A DNA stretch of 64,000 bases from assembly GCA_964016885.1 (NCBI GenBank), contig OZ024745.1, forward strand, positions 70,866,001 through 70,930,000. The letters run 5' to 3'. A program made the position numbers and the translations under genes. The first letter of the stretch is position 1. Each line of letters opens with the position of its first letter. A model generated the notes under the pieces. The model searched no databases. It was not told the DNA's origin and was given only the letters and a program-made list of their open reading frames with translations. This DNA comes from Eledone cirrhosa. Its lineage: Eukaryota. Below are positions 43,592 to 59,148 of this stretch, piece after piece.

Positions 43592-43893
43592 TCTTGTCTG
43601 ATGAACAGGCGAAACTACAGAGACTATTTAGCCTTAATAAAATGATATATATATATATATTATATATATATATTATATATATATATTATATATATATATA
43701 TATATTATGTGTGAATATGTGTTTGCATTACAGTATATGTGTGTTTGTGAGTAAGAGGGTTTGTGTGTGTGTGTGTCCATTCGATTGCTGAACTATAACC
43801 ATTAAATATCACATATAAATGTATGTATATATATATTTGCACACACAAAACATATTCCTCTGACAGCACACACATACTCTCTCTCTCTGTATG

Positions 43894-43968
<75 letters not shown>

Positions 43969-44811
43969 CTTGTGACTCCATTCACTTTCATTTCAATTCA
44001 ATGTCACTTTTCATTTTATTCATATGTTCTTTCTATTTGATATGAAAAAAAATTAACCATAAATATATATAGTAGTAATAATAATAATTATTATTATTAT
44101 TATCATCATTATTATTATTATTATTATTATCATTATTGTTATTATACAATTGATAGCGAGAACAATAAAATTTGGTTTGAGGCTTTGAATCGTGTGTCAT
44201 GGTCGGGGTAAAACGGGTGAAAACATATTGCAAACGGCTTGCACATGGCGCGCAAGCTGAATACAAATGTGATGCGAACGGGGTTAAAGACGTGTCTGCA
44301 AACGGGATAAGGTGATCGAAGAAGCTGTAGGAAAATATTACCTGCAAGTATATTAACCTGACGGTGAAAGAGAAAAGACAAAAATAACATTATACTGACT
44401 TCAACGGTTCTAAAATAAAGAATTTGACAAACTTATGATGCTGCCAAGTGTCAATAGGAACCTTGGAAGCTGTGACTAAAATAAGTATTGGAAAACTAGT
44501 CGTTAAGTACTGGATGCAGTGCAGAAATGTTGTTTAATTGGATAGGAAAAAACTCTACGGAAAGTCCTTAAAACTATATAAGGGCAATTATGTCAGGACC
44601 TCGATAGAAGAAAAGGCAAGAATGCTTTTATTTATAGACTATAGTTGGTTTATGAAGTAATAGTAGGCGTATGTAAACCAGTCATTAGAGCTACTAGACA
44701 CTTCACACATATTATATAAAATACTCTTAATACAATAGAAAGGACATCACTATACATACCCGAGCTACACAGAACTGTATTTGGTAATGTTGTGACGACA
44801 TGCAATGGTGA

Positions 44812-45013
44812 TTGTTTCTGATTTAGGCGCAAGGCCAACAATTTTGGTAGAAGGGAAAGTCATTTAAGTTAATGGTACTTTATTTTATCAACCCGTAAAG
44901 ATGAAAAGCAAAGCTAGCCTCGGCGAGATTTGAACTGAAAATTTGAAGGGACATAACTATATGTCACAAAGCATGTTGTCCGTCACTATACCGTTACTGC
45001 CAATCTACCGCCC
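44812..45013 (-). mobile_element. Older Meta-like SINE copy
   Basis: Reverse complement of the family; also a partial copy at 42228-42322 (-). Confidence 0.8.
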
Positions 45014-45743
45014 TTTACAATAATAATTGGTGTGTGGCTTTCAATTGTGTATAATGGACGAGGTCAAAACGGGTGAAAACGGAGATTGAAAACGGCGTGC
45101 AAGTTGGGTGCAAGCCGGGTGGGAATCGGGTGCAAACGGGATATCGTGCTGAATAAAGAAATACGGAAAGATTAGATTGAAAGTATTTTAGCGTGATGGC
45201 GAAAAGAAAAGATTTTTTTGCAAACAGAAAAAAAATGATGAAAATAGGAAATAAATAAAGAAAAATAAAGAAAAAAATAATGAAAGAAAGGAGGATGAGA
45301 TATGACTACATTCTAGCTTCGTTAATTGTATATATTGCACGGTTTCAATAGGACATAGACCAAGGAGGATGGGGAAAGGTGAAGAGGGCAAGGGTGGGGC
45401 GAAAGAGAAAGAAAAAAAACACAAGAACTAAATTAACAAACCCTTCACTGACTGAATAAGTTCTTTGCTCCTTTTGGCGTTGTTATAGGTGATTTATTTC
45501 AGTATTACAATAGTGAAGGTCCGGTTCATCAATCGAATAATCATGCCCTACATAGTTAAAGCAAAAGAAAGAAAAAATTCAATATTTAACACAAATACCA
45601 TAGAAAAAGAAAGAAAAAACAGACGTAGAAGTAAACCAACAACTCTTTTCCTATAGATAAAATAGCTGATAAGAAAAATAAAGTGTTTAATATCCAGATA
45701 TATCTCGAATACAGAGAGAACATTATATATATATGTATATATG

Positions 45744-45801
<58 letters not shown>

Positions 45802-46993
45802 ATTACATTATATTATATTATATAAATAGACTCCTCGTAAATGGAATAGACAAGACAAGAGAGGCAAGACTTTCTTAATGCAACTAATTTATAAATCATC
45901 ACGAAACCTATATATATATATATATATACACACATAGATATATATGTGTGTATGTATATACACAGTTAGAGAGAGAGCGGAGGACATATAGATAGATGGA
46001 CAGATAGATAGTAACTTATATAAAACATACACGTGAAGAGATGAAGAGTTAAACATATAGATAAATAAAATCGATTGCTTTACTGATTGATTCATTGATT
46101 GATTCTTTGATGATCAAAAATACACATACCAATACGTATCTACATACATCTATATGTATGTATATATATAAGAGTAGGAATGAATGTATATATGCATGTA
46201 TGTATATATAGCACGTTTGGCGATAACTACTGTGTATATAACATTAACAAGACATTTAAATGCTTCCTTTTACCCGTTACTTAACGTTGTTCTTATGAAC
46301 AGAAGCGTAAGATCAAATCCAGGTAAATATACTTAGTGTATATCAGCGTTATCATCATTTAACGTCCGTTTTCCCTGCTAGCAAGGATTAAACTGGTCTT
46401 CACTGGCTGAGGTTGTACTCGAGCGAGGTTACTGACATCAGAGATTGAGTGGGGTCTTGCGTCGTGCTTACATAACTTCCCGTGCTCTACCGATTGCATT
46501 TTATCGTGACACCAGCACTTGGCTGATTGTCATGTCTTTGGCACGACTGAAAGGACCTTCCAACCATTTGATTGGTAAGCCTTTTACGACCAAGCGCCCT
46601 TCCTATCAGCAACTATCAGCAACTACTTACAGCCTTTACTGGTTGCGTTCACCAACACTAGAGAAAATGTCCTGCAATTAACAGTGTCTACTGGCTGCCT
46701 TTTCGGGACACAAGCACTAGAGTGGTTACCAGTTATTATCCCAACCGAAAAGCTCTGTCTGGTCTCCGGAGAGGGCGGAGAGTGGGAAGATAAGTGCCAT
46801 GATATAGATGCATGGCAAGTAGGTGGATTAATCACATATGTAAAGAGTTTTACTAGGGGCACGTTGTGATGCTAAGAATAGAGGTCATGGGTGGATGGAA
46901 TTGCATAGGGATGGAGTGAGAAGCTACTTAGATGTGATAGTGAGGATATATATATATATAAATGGATTTAGTGGAGGGAGGACACGGATATGG

Positions 46994-47039
<46 letters not shown>

Positions 47040-47204
47040 GGGTTATATGTATATATATATATATATATACATAACAGATACAATCGTAGCATATATATTA
47101 CAGGAGAGCACTTTATACCGATTTGGTAGTGTTAAACAATGTAAATTAATCAACTGTTAGAATATAATTGGTAACAAATTGTTTCGTGAAAATGTCATCA
47201 TTAT

Positions 47205-47278
47205 CGGGGTCGATAAAATAAAGTACCAGTAATGCACTGGGTAATTGCTGGCCTTGTGCCTAAAGTAGAAACAATTAT
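47205..47278 (+). mobile_element. Short 3' fragment of the young SINE
   Basis: cggggtcgataaaataaagtaccagtaatgcactgggtaattgctggccttgtgcctaaagtagaaacaattat, identical to the 3' end of the 1002 copy. Confidence 0.9.
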
Positions 47279-47731
47279 TTAATTTAACACAACTTTTAAG
47301 CTGCCTGGATTACATTAAATTGTCTCTTCCATTTGGAATAAAGCCTGTTTCGTATACTATAGGACAACATGAACAGTGTACTATATAAGGATGACATTTC
47401 AATGGTAGGTAGTAACTCCAGTAAGGATGACGAATGAGTGAATTTAGTTAACGATTTCTTGTTTTAAAAAAAATGTAAATTGATTTGGGAAAACTGGGGG
47501 AAATTTTTCCTTTGTGTCTGACAGAATGGCTTGAACTCAAACTCTGATAAAACCTGATAAAACCTGACACTAGTATGTGATTCTACTTAACGTATCGAGT
47601 TCATTTTTTTCTTCCGTTTGTAAAATAAAACGTACTTCGAGAATCCTAATATATATTTACATATATACATATATATATATATATATGTGTATGTGTGTGT
47701 GTGTGAGTGTATGTGTGTGTGTGTGTTAGAG

Positions 47732-47786
<55 letters not shown>

Positions 47787-48375
47787 GGTAACCTCTGTCT
47801 GCTGATTCTTACTTGCAATGCATTGGGTAGGTCGGGCAAATGATAGTAAACATTTGCTCAATGTACTGTGCAACGGTATTGAACCCGAAACAACATTCTT
47901 GCGAGGTGACCTTCTTAACAACACACCCCTACTTGCACCCATTACTAACACTCAGCTTCCCTTACCTTATTTGTGATCACGATAGATACACGTGACTGTA
48001 TTTTGGTTGCTCGAAATGGCACGATTTGATCAAATTGTCTGGAAGATTTAGTAGTTCGATCAAACACGATTAAAGACTAAATAAATTGATTTATTGATTG
48101 ATTGATTAATTGATAGTTGCTTCTGAACTCTTTTTTTAATATTTCAAAAAATATCGAAATAGCAAAATAAATTCATTTTAAATAAGTTTTTTTTTTTTAT
48201 TCCATTAAATGGCGCAGGTATAGCAGTGTGGTAAAGAATTTCGCTTGAGAATCATGTGATTTTGTGTTCGATGCTACTGCATGGTACATCAGAAACTGTC
48301 TACTACCATAGCCTCAAGCCTACCAAAGCCTTGTTGGTAAAATTCGGTAAATGAAAAATGTGTGTAGGTCCCGCA
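47787..48375. mobile_element. Two divergently oriented CORE-type SINEs (47787-47940 minus, 48211-48375 plus)
   Basis: Homologous to 26087-26252. Confidence 0.65.
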
Positions 48376-48714
48376 TGTGGAATAGTTTCTGTTCTAGAAT
48401 GACTGGCTTAGTTCTTGCGGGAATTTCATTAATTTCATTCTATTGCAAACATTTGAGGTTAATTTCTATCCTTTCTGCCATCAGTCACAGGGGCACCAAG
48501 TAGTGTCTTCTCAAATAGGGCATTCTGCCCTGTCCTTCCTCTTTTGAATAAGTTGTAAAACATAACCTGAAAAAGCCGGGATATTTTCGTCATTATAATT
48601 ATTTTTGGTATTCAACCAGTCTTTTACGCATCTTCATCCAATACTTCCTGTTCTAGTCACAACTTATATTTCTGAGCACGATTTATCACGACGCCGGAGA
48701 CCCATGGACATCAC

Positions 48715-48861
48715 ACATTTTATACATTTTATATACATTTTATACATTTTATACATTTTATACATTTTATACATTTTATACATTTTATACATTTTATATA
48801 CATTTTATACATTTTATACATTTTATATACATTTTATACATTTTATACATTTTATACATTT
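48715..48861. repeat. 9-bp tandem repeat (ACATTTTAT)n with 11-bp variants
   Basis: Direct reading. Confidence 0.93.
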
Positions 48862-49316
48862 CCTCCTTATTTCGATTGTGAAGTTACATAGACTAACTGT
48901 TAAGGTTTTAGATTCGCGATCATAACATCTTGGGTTCGATTTCTGGATTTGGTGACATTTTGTATTCTTGTGCAAAATACTATTTTTGCGTTGCTCCTTC
49001 TGGGTTGCGACTGGCATATAGTATCAGTAGTGGTAGTGACCAACTGAAATATTGATACATTGTTCCTTTCATTCTTTCTTTAAATTGCAATTTTGAGGTC
49101 AATAAAAAAGTACCAATCTAATACTGGGGTCGATTCGTCTTCTATATCTCTTTCTCACTTCCTCTTTCTCACTTTCTATCCTTCTCTGGAAGAAATCAGC
49201 TGTGTTCAGATATGGAAAGGGGTGGGCTCCGCCAGGCTTCAAACACCCAAGAAATATTGTAGTATGCCACTACGATGCCTCAACAAATCCATCAGGAATT
49301 ACGGGACCATACATGG

Positions 49317-49500
49317 ATTGGCAGTATCGGTAGAGGGTCGGACGCCATGCTTTGCAGCAAAGAATTACGACCCTTTATGATCTGAGTTAAAATCCCGCCG
49401 GGGTTAACTTTGCCTTTCATCCTTACGGGGTCGATAAAATAAAGTACCAGTAATACACTGGGATAATTGCTGGCCTTGTGCCAAAGGTAGAAACAATTAT
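49317..49500 (+). mobile_element. Near-full-length young SINE copy
   Basis: Family match; no clear TSD. Confidence 0.88.
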
Positions 49501-49652
49501 TATACCTACCGTCATATAGCCAAATACTAGGCCTTGGGATTCGCTCGTTTGCTCCACAATTTTATCATTACCACCACAACGTTATTTCAACTCAAGTAAC
49601 ATCTTCACCACAACATCTAACATTCCTACGACTAATATCACTACTGTTATTT

Positions 49653-49931
49653 CAACCACAAATAGTACTATTACCATTACCATCACAGCTGCTTCTACCA
49701 CTACTACCAACACAATTACCACAACAGCCAATACTACCACGACCACCACCACCAATACTACAACTACTACTACTACTACAATTACTACTACTTATTTCAA
49801 CAACTACCATCAACCACAAATAGTACTATTACCATTACCATCACAGCTGCTTCTACCACTGCTACCAACACAATTACCACAACAGCCAATACTACCACGA
49901 CCACCACCACCAATACTACAACTACTACTAC
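49653..49931. repeat. Tandem duplication (~158-bp period) of an ACC/ACT-rich segment
   Basis: caaccacaaatagtactattaccattaccatcacagctgcttctacc... starts near 49652 and again at 49811. Confidence 0.85.
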
Positions 49932-50267
49932 CATTGCTGAAGTAGGCAATTTTAAAGCTAGTGAGGAAAGCATATTTGTATATTCTACAATGGATCCCCG
50001 ATTTCTGTCTAATTATATGTTTGTTTACTCTCTAGAAATGAAGATAAGATAGATTATAAAGTACATATTATAGCAAACGTAATCGATAAATTGTTTGAAT
50101 ATAAGAAATCAGAAAGATCGGGGCATTGTTTGACGTCAGGTTTATATTTATATACATCCATTCTTATTTTTCTTGTAAATGCCACAGTAGGGACATTGCC
50201 CTAAAGAGATTTACACGATCATATCGATCACCATTTTATCATCCTACAGCTATGTTGTTGAATATGA

Positions 50268-50320
<53 letters not shown>

Positions 50321-50350
50321 TATATACATATATATGTATATATATATGTT

Positions 50351-50446
<96 letters not shown>

Positions 50447-50555
50447 TTATATATATGTATATATACATACATACATAGATACATACATACATACATACAT
50501 ACATACATACATACATACATACATACATACATACATACATACATACATACATACA

Positions 50556-50591
<36 letters not shown>

Positions 50592-50819
50592 CTTCTGCAG
50601 TTTCCATCTACCAGACTTTTCCACTTACAAGACATTGGTCACCCCGAGATTATAGTAGAAAACACTTGTCCCCAGTTCCGCACTATGTGACTGAACCCGA
50701 AACAATTTACCGACACAGTCATAATTATCAGGATATTCTTCCGCATTTAACATCTCACAGTACAATTGACTCTGAAATATCCACGTTATAACGGTTTTAG
50801 ATCAATCCATAGTAGGATT

Positions 50820-50880
<61 letters not shown>

Positions 50881-50973
50881 ACGTGTGTGTGAGTGTGTAT
50901 GCTAAGGGCTAGCTGTTTAGGCTATATTGTTGTTCTGTGTTTTTTTTCTTTTCTTTCATCCTTAGCTTCTCAC

Positions 50974-51031
<58 letters not shown>

Positions 51032-51490
51032 ATTCATGTTATAACGGCGATAGAGCAATCCATAGATGGTTTTTAAAGTGTGAGAGCGAGATCACGCGTA
51101 TGTGTTAAGGGCTAGTGGGAGAATGTTTATGTTGTATTGTTGTTATCTCTCAGCTATTGTAAAGCTCCATACTGGTCGATAAGTTAGTTATTTGATTGCC
51201 AACCTGACGTCATTATGTATTATTATTATTTGCCATCACATTTATGTTCTTTTTGTTTTCCATTTCATTTATCGAACGAAATTTTTCGGCCATTTTGGAT
51301 ATCAACAGTCCAGATTTTCTAAAATATTTACATGTAAATTATAATAAATCTCATACAATTAAAGAATAAATAAACATATATATATATATATATATAATTT
51401 GTATGAATATATTACCCTACATATATTTGGATGTATATATATATATATATATATCGAGAGAGAGATAGGTGTATATTATTTATATATAAC

Positions 51491-51526
<36 letters not shown>

Positions 51527-51869
51527 CGCTTGCGCGTGGTTTTAATGGTTAATTGTATCATTCGTTCGATAAATGCAGAAATTCAAAGCAAGAAATAGTT
51601 GCGAATAACAACGCATACTTTTTATATATAAGGTTGAAGCGAAAAAAACTATATATATATATATATATATAATGTGTAGGGAGCGGCGAGGTAGGATTCC
51701 AGTGAAGTATACGAGATTTGCATGCTAAATTAAACAACAGCGAAGGGAAAGGTCAGGTTTTAATGTTGAGCCACCATTCTTCTGCCATATATCAGCCCAC
51801 ACATTTGGTTATTACACTTCACTAATATTTGCTACTATACCAATATTTTAGTTTAGATCAACAGGGTCA

Positions 51870-52400
51870 GGAGAATAACGGACAAAAAGTCTTATGGTTT
51901 TATGGCATTTATTTAAGTACCATCACGTTGTGTGTTCAAATCCCGCCGAGGCCGACTTTAAATGTTCATCCTGCATGAGATTTCAATAAAATAAACTACT
52001 ACACTAAAACATTATACTAAAACCAAGCTTTCAAATGTTGCTATGTACCTATGAAAGGAATCGTTAGAACGTCGGGGAAAATGGCTTAAGATATCTATTC
52101 TGTTCTGATTTCAAATCAGAAGTTAAAATGTTGAAGTCGTTCTAAGTTAAATATAAATTCCTTCCTTTCATGATACATAAAATGACGTACCAATCAAGTA
52201 GTGGAGATGATTTAATTGACTAGCCCCTTTTCCCAAATAATGGACCCCGTACCAATGTGAGAAAGTAATATATATTATAGAAGGGATGGTGAATTGCACA
52301 ATCGATAGGGTACCTGATAAAATACCTTACGGCCTGATTGCAAATCCCGCCAAGGACTTCTTTGTTTTCATCACCCTAGAGCTCAATAAAAGTACTAATT
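51870..52400 (+). mobile_element. Tandem cluster of old Meta-like SINEs
   Basis: Three degenerate ttcaaatcccgcc / aataaaa-gtac units. Confidence 0.55.
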
Positions 52401-53613
52401 AAATTAAATAGAATGGACCTGCATACGTTTCGACGATGAGTTTCCAGCTGTTTAATCAAAGGAGCAGCCTGGTTGAGAAATTAACTTAATTCTCAGGAAG
52501 ATTCAACGTGACAATGTGTGACAAAGCTGGCCTTTGAATTATAGGTACAGGCCATTCGAATAGTTTCTGTCTACCCAGTTTTACTTGGTTCGTCAAGAAG
52601 AAACTTTGGTAAATGATCTTGGCTCAAGGTACCATGTACGTAGTTGGATCTAATGATTGTGGCCTCACTAATGACCAGATCATCATTATCTTTTATTCTT
52701 CCGAATTTGTTAAACTAGAATATTATCCAATTACTACGAGTTCATGTAATGGACAGATACTGGTGTCTCCCAGACGTCTTCAAATAAGAGACTACGAATC
52801 TTCTTAGTGCTGCTTGAAGTTTAAGGTTTGATGGCGGTATAAACCATACAATCACAGTATTCCTCAATTGGATAACGGCTCATTTACCAGACACGAGTTG
52901 ACAGAATAAAGAACAGAGAGCTTATTGATTTATATATAGTCCAGTTTCGAGGTTGCATTTGTTTGTAAAGAGACTTGATCTGAGCTTATGTTGAAACTAA
53001 AGAAATGACATTGAGGAAGCGTCATATTAAGCCATTCCAAAAACATACAGAATTAAACCGTTCCATTATGCTTTCAGTTTTAATGGCTAAAATGACTCTT
53101 CTATGATGTAATTGATCTAGTTCAGTGTTATATTTCCAGCTTGGCTCCCAGCCATTTGAAGATGTTAAATTAAGTATCAGTAATACTCTAGGATCGATCA
53201 CTTCAATATTTTAAATTGGCCATAAGCCTAAAATCAAATAAAATTAATATCTGGGTATATTTGCAGTTATTTGAATATTAAACTGCGATAAAATCAACCG
53301 TGGTACTTCTCATCGTGTTATCAACAACATTGATCATGTAATTTAACGTAATATTTGATAAATCGGATGTGTGAATATAAAATGTGTGGTTTGATGTTTG
53401 TGTGTGGATAGAAGGTGTGTGTATGTGGGTAAGTGTGTGAGTAAGTGTGTGTATGTGTGCTGACGTGTGTATAGGGTGGTAAGTGTGTGTATCTGTGGTT
53501 ACGTATGTGGGGGAGGGATAAGTGTTTGTATGTGTGCGTACGTGTGTGGGGGAGGAGTGAGTGTGTGTGTGTGTGTGTGTGTGCGTACGTGTGTGTGTGC
53601 GTACGTGTGTGTA

Positions 53614-53655
<42 letters not shown>

Positions 53656-53910
53656 GATATATGAGAGAGAAGGAGAGGGTAGATGAGAATTATGACTAAA
53701 AAGAGAGGTGAGTATAACAAAATGGGACATATGGTGTCTCAAAGAGAGAGAGGGGGAGAGGAGAGAGAGAGTCAGAGAGATAAAAAGGGTGAAGACAGCT
53801 AGATACATTGAATGGGTGTCATACCGCATCACGTGACTAAAGAGTGGACTTCGCTAAAAGGACAGGTGACGGTGTTAAACCGACTGACCAATTACGTCTA
53901 ACACCGTATC

Positions 53911-54135
53911 TGACCTTAGCATTTACATTACTCTATATTTACTATTGTATTTTCGCAGTAAAGACTTTACCTTACATAATTATCTCACATAATATCGAGT
54001 CTATGAGATTTTGATATTATATATTTTGAGAACAATACCTTAACATCAGTATGAGTAGCCGGTTACAGAAGTTTTGAACTGAAAGAGGTGAGATAATTCC
54101 GGTGGGATATGCCGGTTTAAATGCTAAAGGGTTAA
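53911..54135. mobile_element. piggyBac-like MITE
   Basis: Right end ccggtttaaatgctaaaggg|ttaa; decayed left end tgaccttagcattta. Confidence 0.55.
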
Positions 54136-54199
54136 CGAAGGCTTTTAGAGTTCATTTTAGCAATACAAGTGGGAATATTGCTCAATTACCGGACTGTAT

Positions 54200-54965
54200 G
54201 GGCAGGTGTGTATGTGTGTACAGGTGTGTCTGTGTGTACAGGTGTGTGTGTGTGTGTGTGTACAGGTGTGTATGTGTATGTGTATGTGTGTGTGTGTGTG
54301 TGGGCGGGTGTATGTGTGTGTGTGGGTGTGCGCGGGCGGGTTTGTGTGTGTGTGTATGTTTGCGTAAATCTAAGTCTCTACGTGTGTGCAGGTGTGCGCG
54401 TGTGCTTGTGTTTGTCTCTGTGTGTGTGTGTGTGTGTGTGTGTGCGTGGTGTATGTGTGTGTAGATCTAAGTCTGTGTGTGAGTGTGTAAGGTGTGTGTG
54501 TGTATGTGTGCGTGTATGCGTGTATATGTTTGTGTGTGTATGTGTATGTGTGCGTGTATGTGTGTGTGTGTGTGTGCATGTATATGTGTGTGTGTGTGGT
54601 GTGTGTGTTTGTTTCTGTGTATGGTGTGTGTGCGTTTATATGATTGTGTGTGTGTGTATGTGTGCGTGTATGTGTGTGTGAGCATGTATATGTGTGTATG
54701 TGTTGTGTGTGTTTGTTTGTGTGTATGGTGTGTGTGCGTGTATATGATTGTGTGTGTGTATATGTATGTGTGCGTGTATGTGTGTGTGTGTCTATGTGTG
54801 TGTGTATGTGTGTATGCATGTGTGTGGTGTGTGTATTTGTTTGTGTGTATGGTGTGTGTGTGTGCGTGTATGTGTTTGTGTGTGTGTGCGTCTATGTGTG
54901 TATGTATGTGTGTATGCATGTATATATATGTGTGTTTGTGTGTGTGTATGGTGTGTGTGTGTGTG
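54200..54965. repeat. Degenerate (TG)n tract with ~110-bp higher-order repeats
   Basis: gtttg(t)gtgtatggtgtgtgtgcg recurs at about 54610, 54715, 54840 and 54935. Confidence 0.8.
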
Positions 54966-55345
54966 AGGATGTGAATCTCTGTCAGTGTTGTGTATATATT
55001 TAGTTCTTTACTACAGTGTGTTGTTAGTGTTTTAACAACCAGCAGTGCATATGTTCTCTTTTCATTCTCCTCTCTCTATATATTTATCATTAGTTATAAC
55101 CTTCTTCCATACTCTATTATTATCATTAGTTATGTACATTGTTATCTATTTATTATTATTATATCTTTCGTGTTATTATTGATCTAAATATTTTAATCGA
55201 TTTAACACACACACACACACACACACACATAGATGCGCTTCCTCGGTTTTTTTTTTGGGGGGGGGGGTTAAAATTCCGCCTTTGAACTGGCCCAATAGTG
55301 ATGGGCCCTTGTGGCCAATAAACAAATTATTACCCAGAAACCATT

Positions 55346-55380
<35 letters not shown>

Positions 55381-55386
55381 TATCAA

Positions 55387-55422
<36 letters not shown>

Positions 55423-55624
55423 TATCATCATCAAAATTAGAGTGCCAAGCAAATTCTCATGTGATTTAGAGTTATGTATCTCTAGGTTATGAGTTCAAAT
55501 CATGCAGGGGGTGAATTACTTTTTTCCCTTTGAGTTTCCGCATCAGGGTTCCATAAAACCAGCAATAGTAAAGTACTCCCACCAACCACTGAAATTTAGG
55601 TCCGTCTACTTATCGTATAACATT

Positions 55625-55811
55625 GGTGAATTGGCAGTATCGGTAGAGGGTCGGACGCCATGCTTGACGCATAGAGTTACGGCCCTTGCCATTCTGAGTT
55701 CAAATCCCGCCGAGGTTAACTTTGCCTTTCATCCTTACGGGGTCGATAAAATAAAGTACCAGTAATGTACTGGGTAATTGCTGGGCTTGTGCCAAAAGTA
55801 GAAACAGTTAT
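55625..55811 (+). mobile_element. Full-length young SINE copy
   Basis: Family match, inserted just after an older diverged copy (55440-55610). Confidence 0.9.
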
Positions 55812-58011
55812 TAAATATTGTACCTTTTCAGAAGCACCATGAATGATTATACAATTGCCTGCCATTCAACAAGTCCAAAAAAGGGTTGTACCTTTGGAAG
55901 ACTCCGTTTTTTATGAAAACAAATATTGTGTTGTGGTATGCTCAATTATTCTTATACAAACAATAGAACCCTAGAACGGAAAACTGGGACAGTCCTTCGG
56001 GGATCGAACCGGGCCTTTGTCGTATGTCAGTGGGTCGCGTTAATCTTTTAAACCGTCGGCAAGTATATTTTATACAGTTTAGCTATGTTTGTGTTCAATT
56101 TATACTGGTATCAACTTTGTTTTAATCCTTCCGGGGTCGATCAAATAAAGTACCAGTCGTAAACTAGGGTAGATATTATCAGACCTGTCAACTCTTCCCG
56201 TCCGACGGGGAGATCGCCCATCCACTTTGGGGTGGGTGAGAGATGTCTACTCTTGTGAAAATGGGTATAGCTTTCATTATGTAAAATCTCCCCATTTTGC
56301 CTCATTTCTCTCCGTTTGAGACTATTTTAAACGACTTTCTATCATCCTCAAATTACTGATATTGTGCCTAAATTAAAAATCATCATTACATATATTAGAA
56401 TGCCGGATAAAACACCGGGAGGTATCGAATTACGTCCCTTGACCTTCTGAGTTCAAATTCTACTTTTCTTTTATTCTTTTATTCTTTTATTCATATATTT
56501 TTGTTGTGGTTTCAATCATATGACTTCGGCCATGGTGGAGCACTACCTTGAAGGAATTTAGTCAATCACATCGACCCAAATTTTTTTTTCTTTTTTTTTT
56601 CGTGTCTCACATTTATTTTATTAATCTCTTTTTGTTGACACGTTAAGTTACGGGTCATAACCAAGCAGCAAACGTAAACACGGATACACTAAACATACAC
56701 ACGCACACACATACTACATACATACACACACACACATACTACATACATACACACACACACACATACTACATACATACACACACATCACACACATACACAC
56801 ACACACACATACATACATACACAAATATGTTCTGTCCAATTCCCATCACTAGTAAGGACCACTTGCCCAAGGCGTCATGCAGTTGGACTGAACATGAAAC
56901 CACATGGTTACGAGGCAATCTCCTTAACTATACAACCATTTTATTTTCTTTATCAATTTTTTCCTCAGTGGATGGCATAACTACCAGCGAAGTACTGGGG
57001 AGTAGATTTAATCGATCGAACTTTCTCCCTCTTTATTAAAGAAACTATGGCCATATGCCAAGGTGAGAAATCGTATCCCGGTCTATGGCTAGGAGACATG
57101 TTATATAGTGAGAGTCGGACATGTATTAAATGGGAAATATTAGACAAAGGCTGTTTAAGGATGTTAGTCTCTTTCTTTCTCTTTCTACCCACCTCTCTCT
57201 TCTTCTTACCCTTTCCATGTCTCTTTCTCTCTCTCGATCTCTTTCTTTATATTTCTTTCCCAACCACCAATACTAACAACAGCAAGAGTACTAACTTTCA
57301 ACTACCAACAACACCAACAACAAACTCCAACACACAGCATCGCCAACACCACTACGAACAGCAAAACACAAACGCACAAATTAATATATTAACATAACCC
57401 TTTTTTTTTCTTTTTTTTTTCCTTTGTTCTTTTTTGGTTGTATTCCCCATTGTGTGTATATGTGATCAGTGGAGCCGTAAGGCCGTAGTAAATGATCCCA
57501 CAGACACGGTTTCGATTACCAGATGGAGTCGCTTGACTTGGCATAAGTCGTGAAATGGCACGAACATTACAATCATTATAACAAGCGGTTTCCACTCTAG
57601 AACCAACGACGTCACGATCACCCTCATCAACAACACTACATCGCCACCACTACCACCACTACTAATACAAATGCCAACAAACTAACATAGGAGCGTCAAC
57701 ATGGTGGCTGGCCCAGCTGGAGATAGCAGCCAAATCTTACACAGATGATTCTCTACTATCTTTGACATGAAGAACAGTGGGCTAGTTACTGCTGGAACCC
57801 CGTTGTTCAGACGTCTGTCGGCTCCACCCTGGTTGGGTTAATCAATACTGAGGTCACACCCTAATTCCACCCTAAACACCAACCATACTGCTTTGCCGGC
57901 TCCAACAACAAGATCACGATGCCCAACAGAAACATCACTACCAGCGCCAACAATATGTACATCGCCACCGACACTACCAACAACAACAACAACAACAACA
58001 ACAACATCAAC

Positions 58012-58051
<40 letters not shown>

Positions 58052-58464
58052 ACATCTCAAACATTGCCGCGATCAACGCCGCCGCTTAAAACACCGGCTA
58101 CCAACTACAAGTGAAACACCGTCCCCCACCAACACCTCCAATAGGAGGATCAACACCACCAATAGCACCACTAGCACCACCATGCTCAACTCCGCCAGCA
58201 CGAACAACAACAGCACTACGAACAACAGCACCTCCAACACCAACAGCAAATACAACAACGTCACCCAAATTTCTGGCTTGTTGCCTATCTAAAGTAAGAC
58301 CATTATAATCACAATTTACTTTCATCTGCTTTACATCAAGCTGCACACAATGGACCATTAGTGAAGGCACTGTAAATGTAAGTAGACTTATATAGCTTTA
58401 CACACATTTACTACCAAACTAGCAAAGTAGAGAACACGTTGCTGCCATATATATATATATATAT

Positions 58465-58507
<43 letters not shown>

Positions 58508-58523
58508 TATATATGTATATATG

Positions 58524-58558
<35 letters not shown>

Positions 58559-58640
58559 ATATATTAACATCTCTATTATCTGTTTCTATCTCTCTATTGA
58601 TTCGGAAAGGAGCAAGGTATGCATATATATCTATGTATAG

Positions 58641-58718
<78 letters not shown>

Positions 58719-58812
58719 TTGTGTGTCTGTGTGTGTGTGTGTGCATGTGTATGTACCAAAAGCAACGCGCACACTAACACCACAATCACCATAAACAGCA
58801 TGTTTGTATGTG

Positions 58813-58878
<66 letters not shown>

Positions 58879-59148
58879 GCATGCACGTGTATATATGACT
58901 TTGTGTGAATCTGCATGCCTGTAGATTCACACACACACACACACACACATACATACACACACAAGCACACACACACACACGAACACGCACGCACACGCAC
59001 ACACACGCACGCACGCACACACGCACGCACGCACACACGCACGCACACACACACACACGCATACGCATACCCACAGAGATATACATTCATATATACATAT
59101 GATTGTGTCCGATGCTGCGTGCATCTCTGCACATCATTGTATAAATGT

